The notes under the pieces are model-generated. The model was given only the letters and a program-made list of their open reading frames with translations, ran no database searches and had not been told where the DNA came from. A stretch of 63,070 nucleotides of DNA, the filler included, from Asterionella formosa (lineage: Eukaryota): assembly GCA_002256025.1 (NCBI GenBank). It is 12 parts of 12 records of this genome, joined end to end, with 100 filler letters (N's around TTAATTAATTAA, not from the genome) between each part and the next. Parts side by side here need not be neighbours in the genome. Positions count along the whole stretch, not along the records: positions 1 to 17,425 come from NKIB01004432.1; 11 more parts are not named here. One strand, given 5' to 3'. A program made the translations under genes and the position numbers. Shown one piece after another: positions 1 through 11,109 of the stretch. Each line of letters opens with the position of its first letter. The stretch's first letter is position 1.

Positions 1-9
1 GAGTGTCAA

Positions 10-194
10 TATATATATTTAGCGATTTTGACAAGGAATCTATGTACGTATTCGCAAATTTCCACTGATTCAAATATTTCAAATGGAATCACGTCATTCA
101 AAAATAGCTAATTAAATTCTTAATTCCAGGGAATTTTCGCAACCCTAAGCAATCTTTTAATTTTTGCCTAGGGGTTCAAATGCAGCAACCTTAA
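10..194. mobile_element. Terminus of a putative DNA transposon, ending ...GGGGTTCAAATGCAGCAACC-TTAA; second copy at ~35375-35562
   Basis: About 185 bp aligns by eye with 35375-35562. Both copies stop at the same AACC|TTAA junction with unrelated sequence beyond. Here the junction interrupts the copia integrase. Confidence 0.65.
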
Positions 195-2943
195 TTGATT
201 TTTTTAGGGTGAGTTCAGCTTGCTTGGTCCAAGAGTTGATCCCACAGGTAAAGGGAGAAATCTTTGTCGACACTGGAAAAGTTGACAGCAAAATGTTTCT
301 GGAATGTGCAGATTGCCCGTTCAGTTGCATTGCAATGATGAACAGCAGGGGGCAGCCACCCACTGAAAATCGATAGATTATGCATCAATGAAATCCTTGA
401 GCAAGGTGGAGCATTCAATGTTGAGTTGTTTGAAGGCGTGGGCAAAGACCAGCTTTGCAGAGTTGTTGATGAAGATGTTTGTAAGCCACAAGGATGCAAG
501 GGGCAGTGTAATTGCAGAACAGGTGTGTAAAAATGAAATTACTATCAAAATCGCACATCACCATGACATTATTATTACCAGTGCTGGAAGGGAAGACGAA
601 TTTTACGGTTTGCTCTGTGTATATTTGGCCAGTAGGGGCCGACAATTGCAGCAAAACACATGTGAGTGTGTGGAAGCCAAAACTCCAGAGGATGGGTGGT
701 GTAAATCGATATCATCTGGGCATTGGGAGGTGGTGTGTGCGGCATGAGGAGGAGTGCCAGTGGTTGAGTGGACTGTTGGTTTTGTCGGGTTTGGTCAAGG
801 TGGCCTTTGATTGAGGGAATGGAATGCGGGGGTGTTTTCTTAGAGTTGTTAAGGTTAAGCCTTGACAAGGAAACCATTGGCAAGGGCCTTTTCCAGCCAA
901 TGTAGATAATGCTGAGTAGGATAGAGTGGTGGCATGGGCAAAGGCAACAAGATGGTCACCAGCATTGGGTTTGTGACCACCAATGGCAGATACTGTCAAG
1001 TTAATAGGGGCATGCATACTACTGGGGTCTGGAGTGGTGGAAGTAACATTGCCTGTAATATGCCATAATTTGGAGGATGCCAAGAGGTGGCCTTCTTGGA
1101 GAATACACTGATCATCTAAGAACACATTCATATATGGGTACATATGAAGGTGACTTCTTATCCAGAGTCACAAAGGTGCCCAATGGATAATAATGAGCAG
1201 TTGTGTAACCCAGGGACAAGGTGTAGCAGGGAGAAACATGGGAAGATTGAGTTCAGCCTCATGTGTAGAGACTACCTGCGCTCCATTTGGAAGTTGAATT
1301 GTAATTGGGCAGGATATAGGGCTCTGATTAACCACGGGGGCGGAGGGCCAAGGTGGAGTGATTTCCGGAACAACCAGAATCAGCAATTATGTGATAGGGG
1401 GCAAGTAAGCATAGCAGATAAACCAGGGTTACTAAAGTATTATCCAATATCATGACATGCTCCCCCCTAGTCAGGCAGGTGAAGTGGGGGTAATGGTTGT
1501 GTTGATACCAGAAAGAGAGATGATTGCAACATGTAGTTTGTTGTGTGCCATCACTAAACATGCGACCACTGCCACCCATACCTTTTTCAAGTGTGGAATT
1601 GGCTTGATGTCCTGTGTCAGGATGAGCACACATGACAATAGTGTGTTCATGGTTTTTTGTACAACCATGTGTCCAACAGTATCCCAGTAGTTGATTGTTG
1701 TTGCAAGAAAACATGTTTGTGACAGCTTGAGCACCAGCTGCAGCAAAGCCAGCGAGAGTGAAGCAGTGACTCATCATGGGTGCCATGATAGCCTGCTGTA
1801 CCTGCAGTTAAGGTGCGGATACATTCCTTTTTGCCATAAACGAAATGCGGACCAAAATTTGGCCAAATACGATCATAATCAGGACAATCCCGCCAGGTGT
1901 GAATGCTATGAGTATACACCTCTGCTTGTTCCAAAGCCAATAATGTCAGTTGCATAACAGTGTTGTCCAATAATGGTTCACTGCCAGCGGTTACAACAGC
2001 ATGGAGATGTTTGATATGAATCCATAAGTTTCAAGAGGTTTGTCTGGGTTCCATACAGCTGCAAGGCGCATTTGATTCCATTTTAAGTCATCAGCACTCA
2101 CCAGAGTAGCTAGCATGTGTGGTTTCCAGATGCACAAGGAGGGCAAGAACAATGACATCTGTATATCCAAATGTGACATCCTCAAGTACCTTGTAGTATG
2201 TAGATCAATGGCGAGCAGAATTTGTTGGCAAAGCGCCTCACGGACTTGCATATACAGACAAAAATGAACAAGAAGAGTATTGTATTGGTGGTTTGCTGCA
2301 TTGATTTGAGATTGAGTTGCAGTTGCAAGATGATTGTGCTGGTTATTTAGCCAGGATAGGTGACTGGGCGGGAAAATGCTTTGCCAGCACAACGTAACAT
2401 ATAGTATGTAGCAGTAGCCATGACAAGACCAAGGAAACATTCACACCACCACCACCAGTGCAGTAGTACACAGATCAGGTATTGGCGAAAAACTCTTTTT
2501 TCAATCAGATGACAGAGAGCACTATGGGTTTTCCAGCAACCGGCATTTAATGTGGATGTGGGGGGAAAGAGAAAGCTGAAGAGGCCAAGGGAGCCGCCAT
2601 GATTTGAAATGAGGAAGCAAAAGAAGTGCTGGAGGTGCAGCAGGAAAAGGCGACAATTGCGATGAATCGGGCGCTTGGTGCAATGCTCCTGTGCACTGTG
2701 GTGGCTTTGCTAGTATGGGGGAGCAAAGAGAAAAGAGACCACAACGTCAAGAAAGACGAAGGGAGGAAGAACAGATATTGTAGCTCTGTTGAGGGGAACT
2801 GAGATACAATAATATAATACTATTCTATTGCTGTTGTTGTGGCATGATTGGTGTACATAGATGTACCTACCGGTAATGTAGTCGGGATACACTGGTCCGG
2901 TTTGCACTGCGCTTGGGCGGTGCGCCGTACTCAGATATCAACA
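195..2943 (-). mobile_element. Degenerate Ty1/copia LTR retrotransposon, diatom CoDi-like (gag-protease-integrase, 3' truncated)
   Basis: Frameshifted ORF pieces: gag knuckle YCWTHGCTKNHEHT..C (~1620-1690), protease IIADSGCSG (~1370-1390), and integrase motifs IYTEQTVKF..SSTGNN..MVMCDFDSN and PPAVHHCNATERAICTFQKHF...LWDQL. Confidence 0.85.
2787..2943 (-). repeat. Candidate 5' LTR (157 bp, TGTTGA...TCAACA)
   Basis: Canonical 6-bp inverted termini, located upstream of the minus-strand gag. No second LTR in the window to confirm it. Confidence 0.55.
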
Positions 2944-3933
2944 CCTGTATCTTTTACAGTGTTGCATCCTATTGCTGGTTGGGTTACTATTTTATTTTGA
3001 TTTACTGAATTACAGCAAATATACAGGTATATCTATTACGGATTAATTATGTCGTTTATGGACGTTTGGAATGCACAAGGTCTGATTGCCGTCTACTTCA
3101 ATATCAAAAAGAAACATTCTTGTGCACAGCGGTTCAAGTACTTCAACATCGGAATAAAGTTTGTCCGATAGCCACTGAACTACCCACACAATTTTGCTCC
3201 TTCGCACTGAGGAAACCGACTCACTTTCACATGCCAAATGACCATTATAAAAAGTTGTCACAGTGCGATCTTGTTGCAACTGTGCTGACTGTATTTAACC
3301 ATAATTTGATTTTTAAAAACAAGAAGGTGCATTCTTACAATCCCGCCATTGTTTCAAGATTTTCGAAGCAGCAAGGATTATCACGTCATGATTCAAGATA
3401 TGGAATCAGCAATCTGCCTAACCGACTCTAGTACATCTCGACCAACGAGCAAGCTCATCGACTATACAAAAGCACGCAGACCTACTAATCAAGAAAATAC
3501 ATCTAAATTAGCACCGTCGTCACTCCACATTGATCCTCACCCAACACCGTCATTGCGCAAAACCAAGATCAAAAACACAGATTACATCCGATCTCTGCTT
3601 CAACAATCAATTTCAAATTCATCTGAATGTTCTGGAAAATCAGATGAGAGAGTGGAGTTCCTCATGAAAGTTCCTCGTGGATCTGAGGAACGAGCAAAGG
3701 CAAGAAAGGCGAGCAGTGAAGATCTTCGATATTTTTTGTCACAGCAAAGCAAGCATCATCGACAGCGTGATACTAGAACGAGTAGACCACCAAACGCAGC
3801 ATAATTAAAATTTTAAAAGTGTGCGTGTACCATCACTTCTCTAATCCGAATATAGTTGAATCATGCACAAACTAGGTTTCATGAAAACTTCTTATGTAAC
3901 AAGTTTACGTGTGGAATCACTCCTAAATATATC

Positions 3934-4791
3934 CTATTTGGCAGTGATTGTAGTAATCTCGGGAGCAACGATGCTGGAGATGGGCTCCTCATTCTCCATC
4001 GTTTTCTTGTCTTCGATCTTCATCAAGCCAAGAGGTCCAAGGATTGGAGGAGCAATGGTCATGAAGATTGGACTGAACGTCGCCTTGCCCTTGCCAAGGC
4101 CAGCCATAATGATACTTACAACCTTGCCAATTGCAGGATTCAGAAAGCCTTTGTCAAGACCGCAAAGCTGCGGCTTCACCTGTGCATCTAAGTCTTCCAA
4201 GCTCGTACCAGCCAAGCCGACCACCTTCAACGCGACAGCTTCGGCTACTCCTTCGGCGAATCCTAAGAGTGGAATACTCTTTCCCCAGAGCCAAACGCCC
4301 TTGGCTGCTTCGTATGCTTGCTGGGCTGCGTTTACAGCGTTTTCTTGTTCTGCGTTGCGAAGAGGATCAGTCATGTTTTCTTTGGCGTCTTGATATTCGA
4401 ATTCTTCGTCTTCTAGTATGGGTTCTCTGGAGTGAATCAACACGTCTTTACCGGATAAGCTGTCGTTGTAGTTGTGGATATAGTTCAACCCGTCTGAATT
4501 CCAATCATTAGAGTATTCGCAGGTTGAGATAAAATCGTCAGTAGCTACAGATTGGCCAGAAGCATTCGATCGACCCGATGAGAATTTCCCACCATTTCGA
4601 TTTCTATGAATCTGGGCAGCAAGAGCGAATGCAGACACGTTTGAAGTCTTCAGCTCCTGGGAAAGAAAAAAAGATTCGGCAGGGGTAGCCGGTGACAGAA
4701 TTGGATGCGATTGTGGACTATACACTACGAAGTGGTCGTCATCACCGCTGCCGTCATCATCGACCTCTGAAATCAAATCCGAGTTACTCAT
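3934..4791 (-). CDS. Hypothetical protein (acidic N-terminus, amphipathic helical C-terminus)
   Basis: Intact 285-aa ORF with normal CpG content and a helical core AYEAAKGVWLWGKSIPLLGFAEGVAEAVALKVV. Confidence 0.7.
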   Translation of the reverse strand: MSNSDLISEVDDDGSGDDDHFVVYSPQSHPILSPATPAESFFLSQELKTSNVSAFALAAQIHRNRNGGKFSSGRSNASGQSVATDDFISTCEYSNDWNSDGLNYIHNYNDSLSGKDVLIHSREPILEDEEFEYQDAKENMTDPLRNAEQENAVNAAQQAYEAAKGVWLWGKSIPLLGFAEGVAEAVALKVVGLAGTSLEDLDAQVKPQLCGLDKGFLNPAIGKVVSIIMAGLGKGKATFSPIFMTIAPPILGPLGLMKIEDKKTMENEEPISSIVAPEITTITAK

Positions 4792-5559
4792 GCAATTAAC
4801 ACGTCAAACTTCGATGTACACGATGAATCAAAGAAAACCGTAAATTGTTCCTAACTAAACTGCGGGCAAGGGGAAAGAGCCTTTGAGTGAGAACCATAGA
4901 AAACAATTAAATTAAAAAGAAGAAAAAAGAAGATTCGACGATGGGATCTAAAAAAATCGACAAGTACGAGAAGAGACGATTGCATTCCGATTGAAAAGTG
5001 ACGTGTAACAGTACCAGGTAGTCTTGGAAGAAAATCTCGTGACGAGCAGGTTGTTAGCCAATCAGCGAACTCCATGATGATACCACGCAGCAGCTTTGGA
5101 TATCGTCGAGAAATCCCGATGTTGAGCAATGTTCGCATCTTCACTTTCCAACGTTGGCAAGTGAGGATGTAGATCCAAGAACAGTTGATTCAGGCTGAAG
5201 CGTTTTCCATTTTGAATTGCTAAAGAAAGAGACTTCCGCTAGATGGATTTTGACAATATCGCTTTGCAAAATAAGCTTTCGAGAATGGAACAAATCCGTT
5301 GCTTCACTCTTCTTTCATTTGGTCCTTGTTCAATATCCACTACATCTGAATTTTCATAATCAACGCAATTGAAGTCTTACCTCACCTGACTTCTTCGTCG
5401 TCGTCAACCAAGCTATCATTTATGTGGGGAGAGCGATGTGTTGTTGGTTTGTGACCTCTGAGTGCAGCTGGTAGTGCAAACGTGCCAACCTGGTGCCAGG
5501 TACAGATTTCATATTCAGTGAACCGGTACCTATCTTACATACGGAGTGGGAGTATGCCA

Positions 5560-5655
5560 CCGCTACCTGGAACCAAAGTAAGGTACCCTGGTACCAGGTA
5601 CCAGGTACTTATTTACTACCAGGCTACTAGGTACCTGGTACCAGGTACCAGGCAC
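5560..5655. repeat. Palindromic CCTGGTACCAGG/GGTACC cluster
   Basis: e.g. GGTACCCTGGTACCAGGTACCAGGTAC and GGTACCTGGTACCAGGTACCAGG. Confidence 0.85.
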
Positions 5656-5666
5656 CCTAGAACCTG

Positions 5667-5754
5667 CAGGTTGCGGTCATTTTGCTTAAACTAACATTTT
5701 AATCTGGGATAAAGGAAGCTAACTCTTTAGTATCAGCAAAATTACCGCAACTTC
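5667..5754. mobile_element. ~88-bp MITE-like element, copy 1
   Basis: TIRs GTTGCGGTCATTTTGCT / AGCAAAATTACCGCAAC. Reverse-complement copy at 36641-36724 and a lone TIR at 62491-62511. Confidence 0.75.
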
Positions 5755-5834
5755 CTCGTCTCTCGTATCCCCCCATATACCGGTACCTGTACCTGTTTTG
5801 CAACCTCAAAAGGGACGACATCGGAGGCAATAAA

Positions 5835-6110
5835 ATGGACATCCGGCTCATAGTAAATCCGTGTGTTCACCTCCAGTTGGCTAAAAAATTCGATGTCAGT
5901 AGAATCACAATTTATCGAATCTGGAAGCGCGTGCACGAATCATTCACAAATGAAGATGTAGAATCCTACAGGTCACTGTCATTGAAATGTGTAGCAAGGC
6001 ATTTTTACTCTTGTTTTGTTGCATTTGTAGTATACCAATGCTTGAATATTGTGACACATACCAATACATGTAGAGCAAAACAACTGTGTTGGCTAGCGAC
6101 ATTCAAGTAA
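5835..6110 (+). pseudogene. Tc1/mariner (IS630)-like transposase N-terminal HTH relic
   Basis: HTH-like QLAKKFDVSRITIYRIWKR. No DDE domain recovered. Confidence 0.45.
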
Positions 6111-6609
6111 ACTCAATAGCCCTAGATGATTCCCATCTATTGCTATTAAGTGTTATACTCGCCTAAATATACAAATCTAACCAACATACCCATACTAGCC
6201 TGAGTCGTCTTGCAAAGAAAATGTATGTTACTTCTAGCTGCAGAGGGCTTCTTTAAATGACAGGGATCGAGTAGGGTTAGTTGCCGAGCACGTTACACCC
6301 ATACCGGAAAAGAGTGAGTAGGTCATTACCAGGTACTAACCTTTATCGAAATTAATGTAATAAGTGGAATAACACATTTTACAACCATAGTCTTTTCACT
6401 ACCAAATCTAAAACTTTCCAGCTTTTTAGCTGAGCGTGTAGAGATCCTCTATGTACGATATGTGTGAAGGAGCTACTGGTATACTGCAGTTCATTACCTT
6501 AGGGCTGATAAAATAAAATATTTCTGACAAATAAACTCGGTGTCGTGATGTCAAAAAGTATCCAAGCATATTTTTTTCTGAAAAACGAACCTAGAAAAGA
6601 GGCACATTT

Positions 6610-6653
6610 TTTAACAGAGAAATCGAGATTATAATCTCGATTTGGCTGTTAAA
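6610..6653. repeat. Hairpin with a perfect 24-bp palindromic core
   Basis: AAATCGAGATTATAATCTCGATTT (6620-6643), extended by TTTAACAG/CTGTTAAA. Confidence 0.85.
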
Positions 6654-6852
6654 CCGTGATGCGCTATTTGCGTAGCCAATCTTTATTTTGGTTCAGGGCG
6701 GGCATCATTGCTGTTTCCTTGGCTGGCTTGTTTGGCTAGTCTGGTCTGTTTGCTGATTGTCATATATATATATATAATTTTTACCCAAATTGCCATATTT
6801 CACAATCAATGAACAGTCATCTACATCAGCTACTTCCAAAAACCAACCACTC

Positions 6853-6880
6853 TTCCTTCCTTCCTTCCTTCCTTCCTTCC
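6853..6880 (+). repeat. (CTTC)n microsatellite
   Basis: cttccttccttccttccttccttccttcc. Confidence 0.9.
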
Positions 6881-7279
6881 ATGGTGGTTACAACATGGAA
6901 CAGCACTCCTCCGTTGTCTCCTGGCAGCAAGGGATCATCAGCTATTGGATCGCAAAGCTCAAGGATTCCACGTAACCAAGCACCTCCTGGAGTCACAGCT
7001 AACACTGAGCCTGATGAATCTGTTGCAAGAAGGCACCTCCACTTTCCCTTGCACATTGAAGAATATAAATTTTTATGTGTATCTCGTGCTTCTGCAACAG
7101 GTACAGAAAGCGGTACATTCCTGCCTCCTGGAAGGTCCGGTAATCAGCGAATTGCGCACACTATATACTAAAAATTCCACATAGCGGTTTCAACTTACTT
7201 CATTGGAAGTCTGTCCGGCTCACCAATTCCGAAATTATGAAAATCTCAATTTATTTCAATTTATTTAGATTACCTGTAA

Positions 7280-7898
7280 CCGTTACAACAAACTTTCAAA
7301 CGGAAAAGCGCTGCCACATTTCACCGCAGAATCGCTGACTACCAACTTCAACTTGCTGACTGCGGACTTCTTGTTGCTAACTGCTGACTTGATTTGCTGA
7401 AAATTTGAAATATGCGCTGACTGCTGACTGCTAACTTCAACATGCTGACGTCAAACAAGCTACTTTGTACATAGGAAGAGACTGACTACCGTTACCGGTC
7501 TACGAATCGTGTCTACTTTTCATATTAGAATAACAATGGAAACACATCATCTTTTTGTTGTTGGGATACTAAAAGCGATGCCTTCTACGTTCATACTAAA
7601 GTATCGGGAGTAACATAGACATACCTGGTACCTGGTACTCCGTATATGATAATAAACTGTGAAATCGACATTGATGCCTAAAACAATTCATTGCTATCTA
7701 CTTTGTGATATTGCTACCACCATGTACCGGTAATATTGTAAAAATGCTGACTTCAACTTGCTAACTACTGACTGCTGACTTGATTCGCTGAAAATTTGAA
7801 AAAATCGCTGACTGCTGACTGACTTCTTTTGCTGACTGCTGACATGAAATCGCTGACTGCTGAGTTCAAGTTCATTTTGACAATAAAACGTGTAACGG
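7280..7898. mobile_element. Putative non-autonomous element with two subterminal (GCTGACT)n arrays
   Basis: Related arrays at ~7333-7449 and ~7745-7872. Bounded by the short inverted pair CCGTTACA (7280) / TGTAACGG (7891-7898). Confidence 0.5.
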
Positions 7899-10559
7899 CT
7901 TAACGTCTATGTAAACGACTATTTAAAGAATATCGGAGTGGCGCAAAATCTAGGGGTTTGACAATTTTTGGAATTATACCCCTTCCTTTTTCTTGCACAT
8001 GAGTTGATGAACAGAAAACGAGCAACCTGCACGCTATGTGTGCTGATTACTGGACCTTCCTGCCTCTATGGAAACACTCCCATTATACTTCCACAACCCT
8101 GCTCATTTAAATGATGTATCATTGGTATATCCTCTACCTGGTACCAAACACCATGCAAATGTTGTCAGTTACCGAAATCCGAAACTTGGATACAGAGGAA
8201 GCACGATCCATGAATAAGGCTCTAGGGTATACTACTTTAAATAAGCGAGGCAACCACATAAAGAAAAGTGTATCAAGTTCCGGATCGAAATTTTCAATTC
8301 AAAAACGGTTGGTTACATGGTTTCATATCAGATACATGCAAGACCAGGTGAAAGTGAATGGCATGCATCCTATTTCGCTTTCCCACCATAAGTGGAGCAG
8401 TGCAAAAACTGCTCGGCTTGTAGAGATTATGATTGATACTAGCCATGCATGTTGCAACCAAGGATTGCTTTACTCCACCAACCTGCCATCCGAGGAGAGA
8501 TTGATGGGGCTCCAGGTGGGTCCATCACGTTTTGTGGGCAAAAGGGTTGATTGATGGCAAAACAATATTTTAATGCACTTTAACCGGATGGGAAGATGCG
8601 CATGAAATCGTCAAACTTGATTCAAGTTGAGACACATCATGTCAAGAACATGCACTGTCTCCATGAAAGAGAAAGTAACGATTAGCAAAATGGCTGGGAC
8701 CAAGCTTGGAGATGAGGTCAGCTTGACACCGAAATGTTATGCAGAAACTGCTGGAGGGATTTGAATATATGTTTGCCTGTACCAAAAATGTCACCAATTA
8801 AGGAAAAACAGGGAAGAGCAATGGATTTCATGGGAAGTATTAGATCATGTCTATCAGCGGAAGTGATATTGATTTCTATGATGCGAAAATTTTCAAGGCA
8901 AGCTCATCAGCACATATTGGCTTACCATGCCATGCCACTGACTCTGGCCAATTCAATTAAGCACTACAGCAGCAGTGTTATCAGCATGTTCCAGTGGCAA
9001 TCGAAGATATTGTAAAGAAGATCTACTAGAGACATGTGCATCAATGTGCCTTGGACTTTGATTACAAGCTTGTAATAAATGTCAATTGATTGGCTGAGTG
9101 ATTGCTGATTCTTGTAGTGTGATGGCAAACATTGTATACAAATGTTGAGGATAAATGACTACTGTTAGCAGACAGAAGTATAACTAGTGGTACTGCAATG
9201 ACTGCACAGTTTGCATGACCGACAATCATGATGAATTCCATGGAACAAGAAGGTCAGTTCAGAAGAATACATGCGGGATTCGTAAATGGAATAGCAATTC
9301 CTACAGATCAAGTCCAACATGCAAGATTAGGTTGTAAGACTGAAACGAATTTCGAATTGGTATGAAATCGACCAATGAGAAAGAGTGAATTGAGGTGAAG
9401 GACAAGTCCAAGAAAGCAAGATCAGTTTGGTAAGACCAAGTAATTTGGCAAGATTGATAGAACAGAAAACTGAAGTAATCACAACATTAGAAAAGGCAAA
9501 TCTAAAAAAGAATTAAAGTGTTGTCGAACTACTAGCTAGTGGAGAACTAGTACTGGACACTGGACATGTAAGTACTATCAAGGAGATCTGGAACATCTCA
9601 ACATAAATATATGAATCGATATATTTTTACTTAGAATATTCTCTATGTTCACAATCAATCTGCTATCAGACAGTCATTGATTTCTTCATGGCTTCTTCTG
9701 TGTTACAAACAGGGCGACTGATGATGATGATGATGAACGAAAATGTACATAACTTTTGCTAGACATCATCCTTCGAGGAAACTTAAATACATGAACAATT
9801 CTTTTTTTCGCACCTAATATTCCTAGCAAATTTCCCATCACCATGGAGCTCACATGTTGTTGCTTTTCTATTGTTCTCGTTGCGCTCAGCCCCTTCAAGG
9901 CCCGGTTAAAGTATTGTCATTGTCTGGAGAAGTAAGAACATCTCCTTGAAGGGTCTACTGCACATTATGACATTAGTTTTGACAAGCTTCACATTTGTCA
10001 GCACTGATACCTACATCTATGACTACACAAATTGCAAATATTGATACGATCAATCAATTATGAGTTAATGAATAACTCATTTCAAATCTTTTGCTTCAAT
10101 TAATCATGCTATTGTATTATTTGTTGTATTGTCTGTTGTGCAGCTACGATATAGTGACAAATCTTCTCTATCATTATTTTAATAACTGTGCATTTCGAAA
10201 TTACATGAAAAATGTGTTATCGGCGACTTCAATTTTCGTTGTCAATATTAGTGTTATTAGAATAATTAAAAATCTTATGTCTTGCTTGATGGATGTGTGA
10301 AATGAGAAAGTGTTGTTCTTAATGTTTGTGGAGATAATCTCTTTTTTGTCATGGTCAATATTGAGAGGACATGATGAAGGATTCTCCAGCCACTCACCAT
10401 GACTACTTATACTTTAGCTTTTTCTATTTATTAAAAAACTGCACTCTGAGTGAGCTTGAATCCAGCCATACCTCATGTGAGGCATCCAGGTCTTACATAC
10501 CCCATGTGATGGGTTTGCTAATGGTTTGTGGCAAGATTTTGAATAAGATTTTAAGCTCT

Positions 10560-10734
10560 AAATATGATCATTTGGCAGAAATAGCAAAATGTTTTGATTT
10601 GGCAGATAAAGTAAACTTTACTCAAATTGAGTACCAGTAAAATTTACTTTGGGTCATTGCTTGATTCGAGTAAAGTTTACTTTATCTGCCTAATCAAAAA
10701 CATTTTGATATATCTGCCAAAGTGATCATACTTA
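10560..10734. mobile_element. Fold-back / MITE with ~70-bp inverted arms
   Basis: TATGATCATTTGGCAGA..CAAAATGTTTTGATT.GGCAGATAAAGTAAACTTTACTC is mirrored by GAGTAAAGTTTACTTTATCTGCC.AATCAAAAACATTTTG..TCTGCCAAAGTGATCATA. Confidence 0.85.
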
Positions 10735-11109
10735 AAACACAAGTGATGGCATACCAACTTGAACAAACACATTAAAGTTTTAAGCTTTTGTATTTTGTAT
10801 GTTCACATAGGTATAATCATATACAAATCTGATCATTGCCATGTGGCCACTCAAGCAAAATGACCACAACTTACAGGGACAGCTATGCAGTCCAGGTATT
10901 ACTCCAAATGTGAACTTTTCATCCAAGGTTCGAAAAATAACGCAGCAACTACAGTACTTCCTTGCTAGACACATATACAACATTGCTTGTCCCAAAAGTT
11001 TACCAGAGAACATCATTGTGACAAGGTTAATGCAAACGGAACTTTTAATTTTGATTTGAGTCACCGAATTGTATGTGAAATGTTTCAAACTACATAAAGA
11101 TATTTGTCT

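Noticed and set aside
8111..9500. Fragmented ORFs suggesting a decayed TE gene
   Set aside because: Multiple stops and no diagnostic motif, so no family can be assigned.
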